From positions 192,001 to 256,000 of the forward strand of contig CAWFAK010000012.1 of NCBI GenBank assembly GCA_963813715.1: a stretch of DNA of 64,000 nt. The letters are read 5' to 3'. A program made the translations under genes and the position numbers. The DNA is from an uncultured Planctomycetaceae bacterium. Its GTDB lineage: Bacteria > Planctomycetota > Planctomycetia > Planctomycetales > Planctomycetaceae. How positions within the stretch are numbered: position 1 is the stretch's first letter; every line of letters begins with the position of its first letter. Positions 32,545 to 43,356 of this stretch are shown here, piece after piece. The notes beneath the pieces are model-generated. The model searched no databases and had not been told where the DNA came from. It saw only the letters and a program-made list of their open reading frames with translations.

Positions 32545-33059
32545 TCGCACTCTACCTTCGAGCGCTTACCGGCGTCGCCCTTCTGATCCTGCTGGCGTCG
32601 GCGCGGGCTCAGGAACCGCCGAAGCCGGGAAAGGAACACGACCATTTGAAGCGGCTGGTGGGCACCTGGAATGCAGAGACGGAGAGCGGCAAGGGGACGA
32701 TGACCTACAAGATGGGTCTGGGAGGGCTGTGGCTGATTGGAGACTTCGAAGGCGAATTCGGCGGCATGAAGTTCCAGGGCAAGTTCCTGGATACTTACGA
32801 CCCGGCGACGAAGAAGTACCGGAGCATTAGCGTGGATTCCTTCTCCACAGCGCCCAGGATCATGGAAGGCAACTTGGACAAGGACAAGAAAGTCATGACC
32901 ATGACGGGAGAAGGCCCCGGGCAAGAAGGCAAGACGGCCAAGTTCAAGTCGATCACCGAGATCAAAGACGCCGATACCGTCAACTTCAGCCTGTTCATGG
33001 TGGACGAGGACGGCAAGGAACAGCCGACGGTACGGATCACGTATAAGCGGAAGAACTGA
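32391..33059 (+). CDS. Chimeric ORF: about 50 aa SRPBCC N-terminus fused to a DUF1579-like exported protein
   Basis: MSVKKEASGRRSVQVEVEV…SSWFVP, then internal signal peptide ALTGVALLILLASARAQ and PKPGKEHDHLKRLVGTW…YDPATKKY…VDS. Confidence 0.8.
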   Translation: MSVKKEASGRRSVQVEVEVPGTPEEVGQTIATGPGISSWFVPAEFEMRDGKLALYLRALTGVALLILLASARAQEPPKPGKEHDHLKRLVGTWNAETESGKGTMTYKMGLGGLWLIGDFEGEFGGMKFQGKFLDTYDPATKKYRSISVDSFSTAPRIMEGNLDKDKKVMTMTGEGPGQEGKTAKFKSITEIKDADTVNFSLFMVDEDGKEQPTVRITYKRKN

Positions 33060-33102
33060 GACCGCGCGACGGCGTTCCACTCTCCCCGGTGTTCAGGGGA
33101 GA

Positions 33103-33311
33103 CTGGTGGTTTGTGGCACACCCTCTCCCGCAGAACTCCGATCCCAAGGAACCATCATGAGCGTGAAGAAAGAAGCCTCCGGACGCCGTTCCGTCCAGGT
33201 CGAAGTCGAGGTCCCCGGCACGCCGGAGGAAGTCTGGCAGGCCATCGCCACCGGGCCGGGGATTTCGTCCTGGTTCGTGCCGGCTGAGTTCGAGGATGCG
33301 CGACGGAAAGC
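33103..33311 (+). repeat. ~205 bp direct repeat, copy 2
   Basis: Aligns with 32338-32544; preceded by hairpin TCTCCCC-GGTGTTCA-GGGGAGA. Confidence 0.92.
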
Positions 33312-33984
33312 CCGTCGCGGTGAAATTGAACTTCGGTCCGGGCATGGAGACCAGCTTCCCCCGTGACGGGCTGGGATCCGCCGCGAAAGTGGGCTGCGGA
33401 GTCCGCTGGCTGGGTCCCTGGCTCGCCGCCGATCGCGGACGAGTGGACCGTTGAAGCGCGCGGAGGAGGCATCTGCGTCGTCCGCATTGTCCATAGCCTT
33501 TTCGCCAGCACGGACGACTGGGACAACCAGCTGGAAGGCACCGAATCCGGATGGCCTGCTTTTTTGCGTACCCTGCGGATCTATCTCACGCACTTCCGCG
33601 GCCAACGTTCGGCGACGATGAAGTGGATGGCCAACGTCGCGGGCACGGAAGCGGAGGCTTGGAAAACGTTCACTGCAGCATTGGGGGTGAAAGGCGTGAA
33701 CGTCGGGCAGCGTTGGGCGGCGCCCGCGGGTGTCCCGGCGCTCAGCGGCGTGGCGGAGTACGTCAGCCAGAGCCCGTACGACGTCCTGCTGCGGGTCGAC
33801 AAGCCGGGGCCGGGCGTAGCCGCCCTGGGCGCCTTCAGCATGGGCGGCCAGAGCATGGTTGCGCTGGGCTTCTACCTTTACGGCGATCAGGCGGCCGGCA
33901 ACCGTCGCCCACGAGACACCACTCTGGGAAGCGTGGATTCAGAAACACTTCCCGACGCCGACGGAGCCGGGCAAGAGCGAGTGA
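33157..33984 (+). CDS. SRPBCC (START/Aha1) domain protein (frameshifts near 33295 and 33900)
   Basis: VPGTPEEVWQAIATGPGISSWF…WDPPRK…VRIVHSLFASTDDWDNQLEGTESGWP…; ends WEAWIQKHFPTPTEPGKSE*. Confidence 0.85.
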
Positions 33985-34152
33985 GCCGCGTGGTTCGTTT
34001 ACGGCGGTTTCTTGACGGCAGACCGAGTCGAGATCACTGTGGCCTGAACTGAATAGGTCTGAACTCAACAACAGTGTCGGCATCCCTAGAGTCAGCGGCT
34101 GGTGGCGGTCTGCGTTCGACCGCTTCCCTTCCGCCATTTCTCGGAGTCAATC

Positions 34153-34557
34153 ATGAAGGCGATCCTTTCAGTGGCGTTGGTGCTCGGAGGGGCGTTGGTA
34201 CTCGGAGTCGGCGGCCTCGCGCGGGCGGCGGACAAGGTCGAGCCGGTCGGGAAGTGGAAGTGCGAATATGAGATCGGCGATCAGAAGCGGACGTCCACTT
34301 TGATGATCAAGAAGGACGGGGACAAACTCGCCGGGACGATGAGCTGGCCGAACCAGAAGGAGACGACCCTCAAGGACGTGAAGCTGAAGGACGGTACTCT
34401 CACGTTCACCGCCGTGCGGAAGATCCAGGACAACGAGATCACCGTCGAGTACACGCTGACGATTGACGGGGACAAGCTCAAAGGGAAAGGCGCGGCGGAA
34501 TTCGGCGGCCAGAAGCAAGATTTTGATATCAGCGGGAAGCGGGAGAAAAAAGACTAG
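34153..34557 (+). CDS. Exported hypothetical beta-rich protein
   Basis: GGAG RBS; signal peptide ending ARA; PVGKWK…LMIKKDGDKLAGT. Confidence 0.8.
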   Translation: MKAILSVALVLGGALVLGVGGLARAADKVEPVGKWKCEYEIGDQKRTSTLMIKKDGDKLAGTMSWPNQKETTLKDVKLKDGTLTFTAVRKIQDNEITVEYTLTIDGDKLKGKGAAEFGGQKQDFDISGKREKKD

Positions 34558-34664
34558 GGAGAAAAGGAGTCGCGTTCCCGTCGTTGCGTGCTCGCTGCCT
34601 GAGTTCCCTGCGCGGAACGTCTTGGCTTTTTTCGTTTACTCCACTGTTGAAAAACGTGGAGTCC

Positions 34665-34700
34665 TTGACGCGCCCGTTATATGCATTGTAGTGTATATGC
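34665..34700 (+). promoter_or_regulatory. Promoter with an ArsR-type imperfect inverted repeat
   Basis: TTGACG 34665-70, TAGTGT 34689-94; ATATGCA-TTGTAG-TGTATAT inverted repeat; ATG 6 nt after the -10 box. Confidence 0.6.
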
Positions 34701-35051
34701 ATGATAACGCAAATAGACCCCTTCCAGGCCCTTGCTGACCCGACGCGCCGTTGCATTGTCGAGGCATTGCGGAATGGCGAACGGCAGGTCAACGACATCG
34801 TTGAGCAAGCGGGAATTCACCAATCTGGCGTCTCCCGTCATCTGCGCATCCTTCACGAAGCGGGCTTCGTTTCGATGCGACCAGAGGGACAGCGGCGTCT
34901 TTACTGTCTGCGGCCGGAGCCTTTCCGCGCACTCGATCAGTGGCTCGCGCAGTACCGCCGTGTGTGGGAAGCACGCCTCGATCGCCTGGGAGCGGCGCTC
35001 GAGAAGCAACAGTCACGTCGAAAACGCTCAAACAAGGAACAACACAGATGA
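34701..35051 (+). CDS. ArsR/SmtB family transcriptional regulator
   Basis: FQALADPTRRCIVEAL…QSGVSRHLRILHEAGFV…GQRRLYCL…WEARLDRL. Confidence 0.93.
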   Translation: MITQIDPFQALADPTRRCIVEALRNGERQVNDIVEQAGIHQSGVSRHLRILHEAGFVSMRPEGQRRLYCLRPEPFRALDQWLAQYRRVWEARLDRLGAALEKQQSRRKRSNKEQHR

Positions 35052-35566
35052 TCGACAAGAGTCAGTCCGCACCCGCCAGCCACGCGACGCGGCCAAAGGT
35101 CGTCATCGAGCGCACGTACCGGGCAAAGGTCACGGACCTCTGGGAATTGTGGACCACGAAAGAGGGTTTTGAATCGTGGTGGGGACCCGACGGATTCCGC
35201 GTCGAAGTCCATGTTCTCGAAGCCCGCCCGGGCGGCGCACTGCACTACGACATGATCGCCGATTCACCCCAGATGATCGCGGCGATGAAGCAAATGGGCC
35301 GTCCCACTTCCCACGAGACGCGCGCGAAGTTCACCGAGATCAGGCCGCATGATCGGCTGGCAATTACGAGCGTGATCGACTTCGTGCCGGAGATGAAACC
35401 CTACGAGAGCACGATCGCGGCGGAGTTCTTCCCGTCGGGCGAGACTGTGCGGATGGTGGTCACGCTGGATCCCATGCACAACGAAGAGTTCACGAAGATG
35501 CTAACGGAGGGCTTCACGAGCCAACTCTCGAAGCTCGACAAACGGTACAGTGGAGAGAATCGATAA
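35048..35566 (+). CDS. SRPBCC/AHSA1 domain protein
   Basis: VVIERTYRA…LWELWTT…SWWGPDGF…ARPGG; ATGA overlap with the ArsR stop. Confidence 0.88.
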   Translation: MIDKSQSAPASHATRPKVVIERTYRAKVTDLWELWTTKEGFESWWGPDGFRVEVHVLEARPGGALHYDMIADSPQMIAAMKQMGRPTSHETRAKFTEIRPHDRLAITSVIDFVPEMKPYESTIAAEFFPSGETVRMVVTLDPMHNEEFTKMLTEGFTSQLSKLDKRYSGENR

Positions 35567-35638
35567 CGCCGCATCAATCGCAACCGCATCAAACTGACGG
35601 GAAGCCCCGACCATTAGTCCAATCTCGAAAGTAAACAC

Positions 35639-36196
35639 ATGGAACTCTTGATCCCCCTCTGGCTCCCCATTGTCCTGTCCACCGTCGTCGTCTGGATCAT
35701 CTCCGCGATTGTTTGGATGGCCCTGCCCCATCACAAGCGGGACTTCATCGCCCTGCCTGATGAAGACGGTTTCATGGACGCCGTCCGCAAGAGCGGCATC
35801 AAGCCCGGCAACTACATCTTTCCCGATTTCCGCGATCCCAAGGTGATGAAGTTAGAGACGACTCAGAAGGCCTTGAACGAAGGCCCGGTCGGCCACCTCA
35901 GCGTCTGGCCGACGCCGTTGACGATGGGGAGCAAGATGTTCGCCACCTTCATCGTCTACCTCGTTGTCAGCATCCTCATCGCCTACCTCACTCGCGTCGC
36001 CCTCCCTGGCCCGGCCCCGTTTGCCAAGGTCTTTCAGGTCGCGGCCACCGCCGGCATCCTCGCCTACTGCTTCTCATTCATCCCCAACGCCGTCTGGTTC
36101 GGCTCCTACAAGCGCACCATTGTCGCAAACGTTGTCGACGGCATCGTCTATGGCCTCATCACCGGAGCCCTCTTCGCGTGGCTTTGGCCGCACTGA
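35639..36196 (+). CDS. Membrane hypothetical protein
   Basis: Four hydrophobic segments; LWLPIVLS…WMALPHHKRDF. Confidence 0.8.
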   Translation: MELLIPLWLPIVLSTVVVWIISAIVWMALPHHKRDFIALPDEDGFMDAVRKSGIKPGNYIFPDFRDPKVMKLETTQKALNEGPVGHLSVWPTPLTMGSKMFATFIVYLVVSILIAYLTRVALPGPAPFAKVFQVAATAGILAYCFSFIPNAVWFGSYKRTIVANVVDGIVYGLITGALFAWLWPH

Positions 36197-36713
36197 GTGC
36201 GGCGGGCGTCGCGGTGCTCACCATTTCGTCCGGGTCCAATCGTCACTGTCGGTTGACTTTCACACCGCGCACGCCCAAACTGGGGCACGCTTGCTGAGGA
36301 CCAGCAAGGCCGTCTGCATGGACCGCCTGCTCTTCGCCTTGGTCTTTTGTCGTGGACTTGTCCACTCTCGAACCCTGCCCCGACGGCATGTCGCGCGGGC
36401 GGGCTGAACAACTCGTGACTTCGTAAGCCCCTTGCCTCCAATGCGCGGCAAAGGCTTTGTGCGATCGACGCGCGGAAGGTAATCCGCGCTTGTCATGCGG
36501 TCACGGTGGATCGAGACGTGGGAACTCTGCGCGATCGACGGGCCAACGCGTCCCATGACTTCGACCGATCGAACCGGTAGAGAAACGGATTTTGCAGGCT
36601 CGAATTAGCCTCTTAATTCCGGACCCCGGTTCCGATCGTTCTTCGCTTCACCGCATCCAACAGGTCATGGACTGCTTTCGATCGTCGATTCCCTGCGCCC
36701 GTCTCCTGCGGGC

Positions 36714-39700
36714 TTGGGGAAAACGAAGACTCAGCTCAGCAATTCTGATCGGGCCGCCGTGGATAAAAATCCAGTCGACGATAAATCACTGCCGGTTTTC
36801 TTCGATCCGTCGCGTGCCCGCTGGCCGCGGATCCGAAATGTCCTGTTGATCGTCGGCGCAATCGTGCTCGTTCTCGGCGGGGCGCTTGGCGTCAGCGTCG
36901 TCGTCCCTTCGATCCTCCCGGCCTTGAACCTGCAGCCGGTCGCGACCCTTCGAAACGGACCGCGATTGGCTCCCCGCACCGCATCGTCGGTCGCGAGCCG
37001 CGCGCCGCGTGCGGCAATTCCACCAAAGGGCCGGCCGGCTCACAAAGACGGTGCGGCGGTGGCCCCGCCGACAAAAGACGGACGCGTCACTTCTTTGCAG
37101 CCGCTGACGGTCGGCTATTTCGTGAATTGGGACGAATCGAGCTACAGCTCCTTGAAGGCCCACCTCGATGCGTTCGATCTCCTCGTGCCGGAGTGGCTCC
37201 ACATCCACGGCGCGGACGGCCAGGTCACCGAGGACGATCCCGAGTATCAAAAGGACGTTCTCACCTACATCCGTGAAGAGCGCCCGTCGCTACGAATCGT
37301 GCCGTTGGTCAACAACTGGCACGGGGAGTCGTTTGATTCCAACAACCTCGAGCGCGTTCTCGCCGACAAGGCCCTGCGTGCTGCGGCGATCGAGCGGTTG
37401 CTGAAGTACGTGAAAAACCATGGATTCGCGGGGTTGGCAATCGGCTTCGAGGGATTGAAGGACAGCCAACGGCCATTTCAAGAGTTCCTCAAGGAACTCG
37501 GGGCCCGGCTGCATGCGGACAAGCTTGTGCTCTTGATCAGTTTGCAGGCCGAGCAGTCCGATTTTCCATTCGCATCGATCGCCGAGTTGTGCGACCAGGT
37601 GATCGTGATGGCGTTCGACCAACATTGGCAGCAGGGTTCGGCCGGACCGCTGGCGGGCGCCGACTGGTTCGCACAAATCCTGGAGGAGCGTTGCAAGGAG
37701 ATTCCGCCTGAGAAGTTGCTGTGGGGAATTGGAAACTACGGTTACGACTGGGCGCCGGGCACAGAAACGGCGAGCAAAACTTTCGACGAGGTCATGCTGA
37801 CGGCCCGAGACAACAAGGCCAACCTCAAGTTCGACAAAGAGTCCTTGAACCCGACTTTCACGTACCAAGACGCCCAGCACCGAACGCACACCGTCTGGTT
37901 TCTGGACGCAGTCACCGCCTTCAACCAGCTGGCGCTGGCGAGCGCTTCGCCGCCGCGCGGCTTCGCCATCTGGAGACTGGGGAGCGAAGATCCGTCGGTT
38001 TGGAATCTACTCGGAAAGAAGGATCGGCTGGCGGCCGCCGCGGCCTCGACGCTTGCCAAGATGGCCTTTGAATATCGCGCGAATTTCATGGGCGAAGGCG
38101 AGATCTACAAAGTCGCCGCTGCACATCGGGACGGCACGCGGGACGTGTCCTACGATTCAAATCGCGAGTTGATCACGGAGGAACGCTACAAGGAGCTTCC
38201 CTTACCGTGCATGGTCCAACGGTTCGGAACCAATCAGCGGAAAATGGCCCTGACCTTCGACGACGGCCCCGATCCGCGATATACGCCGTTGATCCTCGAT
38301 ATTCTGCGTCGCAAGCACGTCCCTGCCACCTTCTTCATCGTGGGAAGCAACGGGGAGCGATACCCCGAGCTGGTCGCCCGCGAGGTGGAAGACAACCACG
38401 AAGTCGGCAACCACACCTACACGCACCCGCGAGTTTCCGCCGTCTCGGAGGCGCAACTCCGCCTGGAAGTTTCCGCGACCGAGCGCCTGCTCCAGGCCGC
38501 CACCGATCGCCAGGCGGTGCTGTTCCGCGCGCCTTTTGGCTCGGACCTCGACCCCGCGATGCTCGACGACATGAGGCCGCTCGAGGTTGTCACTGAGATG
38601 GGCTACATCTCGGTCGGCTGGAACATCGATCCCTCCGATTTTGACAAACCCGATGCCGACGAGATCGTGCGCCGAGTGGTGGATTCGGCCCGGAAAAACG
38701 AGGGGCACATTGTCCTGCTGCACGATGCCGGCGGGGATCGCAGTCAAACGGTCAAGGCGCTGCCGATTCTCATCGATCGGCTCCGCGAGCTGGGGTACGA
38801 GCTGGTGACCGTGTCGAACTTGATGGACCGGTCACGCGATGAGGTGATGCCCCTCCTGGCGGGCGAAAAGAAGGTGCAGGCCGTGATCAACCGACAGGCG
38901 TTTCGCCTGATGAACGTAGCTGGGAAGGTCCTTTCCCTGCTGTTCATTGCTGCCACCGTGCTGGGCATCGGGCGGCTGGCCTTCATCGCGGCGCTCGCCG
39001 TGGTCGACAAACGCAAAAACGGAAAGAAGCCGATCGTTCCCGGGTTTCTGCCGGACGTGGCGGTGATTGTTCCGGCCTACAACGAAGAGAAAGTGATCGT
39101 TCAAACTGTTGTTCTCGCTGTTGGCGTCCACGTACCGGGGGAAGTTGGAGATCCTGGTCGTGGACGACGGCTCGCGCGACAAAACGTATGAGTGCGCGCG
39201 GCGCGCCTTCGAGGACGAGCCGCGAATCCGCATCTTCCAGACGCCCAATCGGGGAAAACCTGCGGCACTGAATTTTGGTCTGCGGCACACCTCCGCGCCG
39301 ATCGTCGTGACGCTGGATGCCGACACGATCTTTCGCACCGACACCATCGGGAAGCTCGTGCGGCATTTCGCCGACGGACACATCGGCGCTGTCGCGGGCA
39401 ACGCCAAGGTCGGCAACCGCGTCAACCTGCTCACCAAATGGCAAGCTCTGGAGTACGTCACCAGCCAGAACCTCGATCGGCGGGCCTTTAACCTGCTCAA
39501 CTGCATCACGGTGGTCCCCGGCGCCGTCGGTGCATGGAAAAGAGACCTCGTCGAGGAATTGGGTGGCTTCAACCCCACGACGCTGGCCGAGGATGCCGAC
39601 CTGACAATCGCCATCGGCAAGGCAGGCTACAAGGTCGTCTATGACGAAGAGGCCATCGGCCTGACGGAAGCGCCCGACACCATCCGCAGCCTGGTCCGGC

Positions 39701-40287
39701 AGCGCTATCGCTGGATGTTTGGGACGGCGCAAGCGGCTTGGAGGCACCGCGACTGCCTGCTCCGGCCCAAGCACCGTGCGCTGGGGCTTGTCGGGCTGCC
39801 CAACATCGTGCTGTTTCAGGTGCTGTTCCCGTTTGTTTCGCCGATCCTCGACGCCACGCTGCTGTTCTCGTTAGGCACGACCTTGCTGCATGCCTGGCAG
39901 AATCCAGGCTCCGACGTCGCCGAGTCTCTGACGGAGATCTCGCTCTATTACTTGCTCTTCACCGCGATCGATTTCGGCACATCCGTATTGGCTTTCCGCA
40001 TGGAGCCGGCGGAGGACAAACGGCTCCTCGGGTGGCTCATTCCTCAGCGGTTCGTGTACCGGCAGTTGATGTACTACGTCGCGATCAAGTCGGTTCTCGC
40101 CGCGCTGCGAGGCTTCGAAGTCGGCTGGGGCAAGCTCGAGCGCAAGGCCACGGTCAGCCCGATGCCCGAAATGTCCGCGATCAGCATCGCATCCGTCGCG
40201 GTCGAGGATCGGGAGCCAGTGCTCTCGCGCCCGCACGTTCCCGCCCCGACCGCGTCAAATGGACGATCGATCCCGTCGTTCAGGTAG
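36714..40287 (+). CDS. GH18-like / polysaccharide deacetylase / GT2 glycosyltransferase fusion (frameshift near 39105)
   Basis: VMAFDQHW…YGYDW (GH18-like); ALTFDDGP, GNHTYTHP, VLLHDAGG (NodB); VPAYNEE, VDDGS, LDAD, LAEDADL, RQRYRW (GT2 QxxRW). Confidence 0.9.
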
Positions 40288-40383
40288 AGCACCACAATGA
40301 CAAGCCCACCGTTTCCATGTAACCGGGGGCAATGGGGCCGCATGTTCGATCGCATTCCTAGCGCTTCGTCGAGAGGACGAGTC

Positions 40384-41526
40384 ATGACCAACAGGCGAAC
40401 GGGTTTTACGATGATCGAGCTCTTAGTGGCCGTCGCGATCATTGCGGTCTTGATCGCCTTGTTGCTACCGGCTGTGCAGGCGGCGCGGGAAGCAGCCCGC
40501 CGTTTGCAATGCCGCAACAATCTCAAGCAGGTGGCGCTGGCGGCGCACAACTACCACGATATCCACCAGCGATTCCCCATGTTGCTCAGCGTCGTGTATC
40601 AGAACGGATTCCCCTGCGGCCCCGATAAGGGAATTCCGGGCACGTACTTCGATTTCAACATGCACACGTGGGGCTCGGCGCTGTTGCCGTTTCTGGAAGC
40701 GGGTTCGGTCTCCAACCGCATCGATCAGAACGCGCCTCTGTTTTCTCCGTGGGACGCCCCCTGCGGCGACGACTACGAGGCGGAGAATTCCGGCTGCCTC
40801 GAGACCGATCCCTGTGCCGCGAAGCGTCCGTTGGCCGCAGTTGTTCCCACTTGGGTCTGCCCGTCAGCACCGCGAACGGTCAACCCATTTACCGAACAAA
40901 CGCAGGACTGGTCGGACGAATGGGAACCCTGCTCCTTCATTTTCACGCGACTCAGCGGCGCGAGCGACTACTTCCCGATCTGCGGGTTCGGGGAAAACCT
41001 CGCCGGCTATTACAACTATGTGACGACCGGCGATCCCTGCAAGTGCGCGTCGCGATCCACCGATGGGGTGATGGAGGACTCAACAGGCAGCCATTCGATC
41101 GCCGAGATCACCGATGGAGCCTCGATGACGATCTTCTGCACTGAAAATGCCGGCCGGCCCGATCTCTGGGTCCTGGGGAGGAAAGTCCCCCTGAGCTGCG
41201 GCACCCTCAATTGGCGCGAGTACACCGTCACCAACACGGGCGGCTGCTGGGGCTGCTTCGGCAACGCGGCCCTCAACAACTTCGAGGGATCGACCTTTAC
41301 CGGGGCCGAAACGACGAGCAAGACCGAGCCGGTCTGCTTCTTCAACTGCACCAATCTGGGGGGCGGCACGAATCTGGTCTACAGCTTCCATCCCGGAGCC
41401 GGCGGCGTCGCCATGTGCGACGGCTCGGCCCACATGCTCAACGACAAAATCGACATCCGCGCGATGCTGGGCATGGTGACATTCAACGGCCACGAGCCAA
41501 TCACCGACGCCGCCATCGGCAAGTAG
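40384..41526 (+). CDS. DUF1559 prepilin-type N-terminal cleavage domain protein
   Basis: [44 protein letters not shown]-terminal [15 protein letters not shown] (H-X9-DG-like). Confidence 0.95.
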   Translation: MTNRRTGFTMIELLVAVAIIAVLIALLLPAVQAAREAARRLQCRNNLKQVALAAHNYHDIHQRFPMLLSVVYQNGFPCGPDKGIPGTYFDFNMHTWGSALLPFLEAGSVSNRIDQNAPLFSPWDAPCGDDYEAENSGCLETDPCAAKRPLAAVVPTWVCPSAPRTVNPFTEQTQDWSDEWEPCSFIFTRLSGASDYFPICGFGENLAGYYNYVTTGDPCKCASRSTDGVMEDSTGSHSIAEITDGASMTIFCTENAGRPDLWVLGRKVPLSCGTLNWREYTVTNTGGCWGCFGNAALNNFEGSTFTGAETTSKTEPVCFFNCTNLGGGTNLVYSFHPGAGGVAMCDGSAHMLNDKIDIRAMLGMVTFNGHEPITDAAIGK

Positions 41527-41677
41527 GGCGTGCCGCGAACGGGCCTCGGGAATCGTTTCTGCATCAGCGTATCTCGCTCAAAGCCCCACATGCCGGACCG
41601 CCTGCATGCGGACTTCGTCGCCCTTGTCGCCGCGGCGCGCACCCGAGACGCCATCGCGATCTCAGGGGGCCGGCATA

Positions 41678-42049
41678 TCAATCGCGAAGTGGGCGGCCTT
41701 CGATGATCTCGTAAAACTGGCGAACCTCGACCGGCGCCCGACAGGCGACTACGGCCTTGCGCCCCCACGCCAGCGCCTCGTCCAGGTTGGCGGCGTCCAG
41801 TATCCAAAAACCGCCAATGTGCTCCTTGGTCTCGAGGTACGGCCCGTCGGTGATGAGCACCGCACCATTCGACTGCGCCCGCAACGACTTCGCCCTGCCT
41901 GCCGGGTGCAGGCCGCCAGCGAAAAACCTGGCACCAGCAGCGATCATCTCTTCGTTGAGCACGTCGATATCGCGGCCCATCGCTTCGTCCTCTGCGACGA
42001 ACGGGTCGTAGTCGTCGGGATGGTGAATCGCAACCAAAAACTGAGTCAT
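41678..42049 (-). CDS. YciI family protein
   Basis: FAGGLHP…TDGPYLETKEHIGGFWI…EALAWGRK…VEVR; GAGGAG RBS. Confidence 0.92.
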   Translation of the reverse strand: MTQFLVAIHHPDDYDPFVAEDEAMGRDIDVLNEEMIAAGARFFAGGLHPAGRAKSLRAQSNGAVLITDGPYLETKEHIGGFWILDAANLDEALAWGRKAVVACRAPVEVRQFYEIIEGRPLRD

Positions 42050-42164
42050 GATCTCTCCTCTAAAGTTCTTCGGGCGAGCCGGTTGCCCTGCCTTCACCAT
42101 CTAGTCGAATGGCCGAAGCGGAATTCGACAATCTTCCCAAGAAAATTTCCGGCAGAGTTTGCCT

Positions 42165-42495
42165 TCACCAACCCGAAGCGTGAGCGAGGGCTCTTATTTC
42201 CGGCGGGGAGTGATTTACCAACGAAGCATGAGCGAGGGCTCTTGGCTCACTTCGAATTTCCGGACGGTCGGGTGGCTGGGGTCGAAGCGCTTCGCTTCGC
42301 CGCCAGTCCTCGCTGCCACAACGAGAGCGGCGGGGTGCCATGCCCCACGGCTCGGCGTGGGCATGTCTGACCGCAGGCTGCATGCTCGCGTGAATGCGCT
42401 AAGATGACGCCTGCGACCGCCCGGGAATTCGATGTGGTCGAGGAGCCCTCGCTCACGCTTCGGGTTGGTGGTGTCGCGTGCGTTGACCCGATGCG
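42165..42495. repeat. Composite REP-like repeat cluster
   Basis: CACCAACCCGAAGCGTGAGCGAGGGCTC (42166) is inverted to GAGCCCTCGCTCACGCTTCGGGTTGGTG (42443); 42333-42495 matches 22422-22568. Confidence 0.85.
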
Positions 42496-42534
42496 TATCG
42501 CGAGGGCCTTGCAGTGGGGGTCGCGTGCCCGCTT

Positions 42535-43236
42535 CTATTTCACCGCTGCGTTGGTACGCGTCCATTGAGCAATGGGTCGTCCGTCGCGCCGCCACCACGA
42601 TCCGGCCCTGTCGTCCTGAGGCCAGCCGGCGGGTGAATCTTCCCACGACTCCTGCCGGCCATACGGAGTGAAGTCGAGCAACTGCAGGGTGGGCAACATG
42701 GCCTCGATCCCGCGCCACTTCGTTTCATACGTTTGAAACACCTGGTCGCCGACCCTCAGGTAGCAGCGAAGGTCGCCACCGTCTCGAGTGCCCATCACGT
42801 CTCCGGAGTCGGCGGTCGAGTACCACGGCGGCGTCCAGCCCATGAAGTCTCGGTAGGCGACGATCTCGGTCCACGGGCCACGGCTGAAGACGGCGTACTG
42901 CACGTCGCGCTCGGCCAGATAGGCGCAGACGGCGGCGTTCATCGCCGTCTGACTGTGAGTGCAGCCCTCACACTGCTTGGGGTGAGGCGCGCCCTTGTTC
43001 CACATGAAGTGATAGACGAGCAGCATCCGCCGACCTGCAAACACATCGTGCAGAGAGACGGGGCCATCCGCACCCACCACCATGACCGGCTCCATCCGCG
43101 TCATCGGCAGCCGCCGGCGAGCGGCAGCGAATTCGTCGCCGGCGTGCGTGTGCGCCTTCTCGCGGACCAGTAGCTCAGCTCGAGCCCGCTCCCACTCATC
43201 ACGGGAAACGACTTTGGGGGTTGCCGATTCTGCCAT
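42535..43236 (-). CDS. DUF899 family (thioredoxin-like) protein
   Basis: VVSRDEWERARAELLVREKAHT…ARRRLP…YHFM…CEGC…LLDFTPYGRQESWEDSPAGWPQ. Confidence 0.92.
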   Translation of the reverse strand: MAESATPKVVSRDEWERARAELLVREKAHTHAGDEFAAARRRLPMTRMEPVMVVGADGPVSLHDVFAGRRMLLVYHFMWNKGAPHPKQCEGCTHSQTAMNAAVCAYLAERDVQYAVFSRGPWTEIVAYRDFMGWTPPWYSTADSGDVMGTRDGGDLRCYLRVGDQVFQTYETKWRGIEAMLPTLQLLDFTPYGRQESWEDSPAGWPQDDRAGSWWRRDGRPIAQWTRTNAAVK

Positions 43237-43356
43237 GGCGTGCTCCCATGCCTTCGCGAGGCCCACAACAAGAATTTGTTAGCGCAGCCTACCACAACGT
43301 CAGCCACTTGTGATTCTCGGACGACAAGGCGGTGATCGTTAAGCGGCGAAAGGCGG

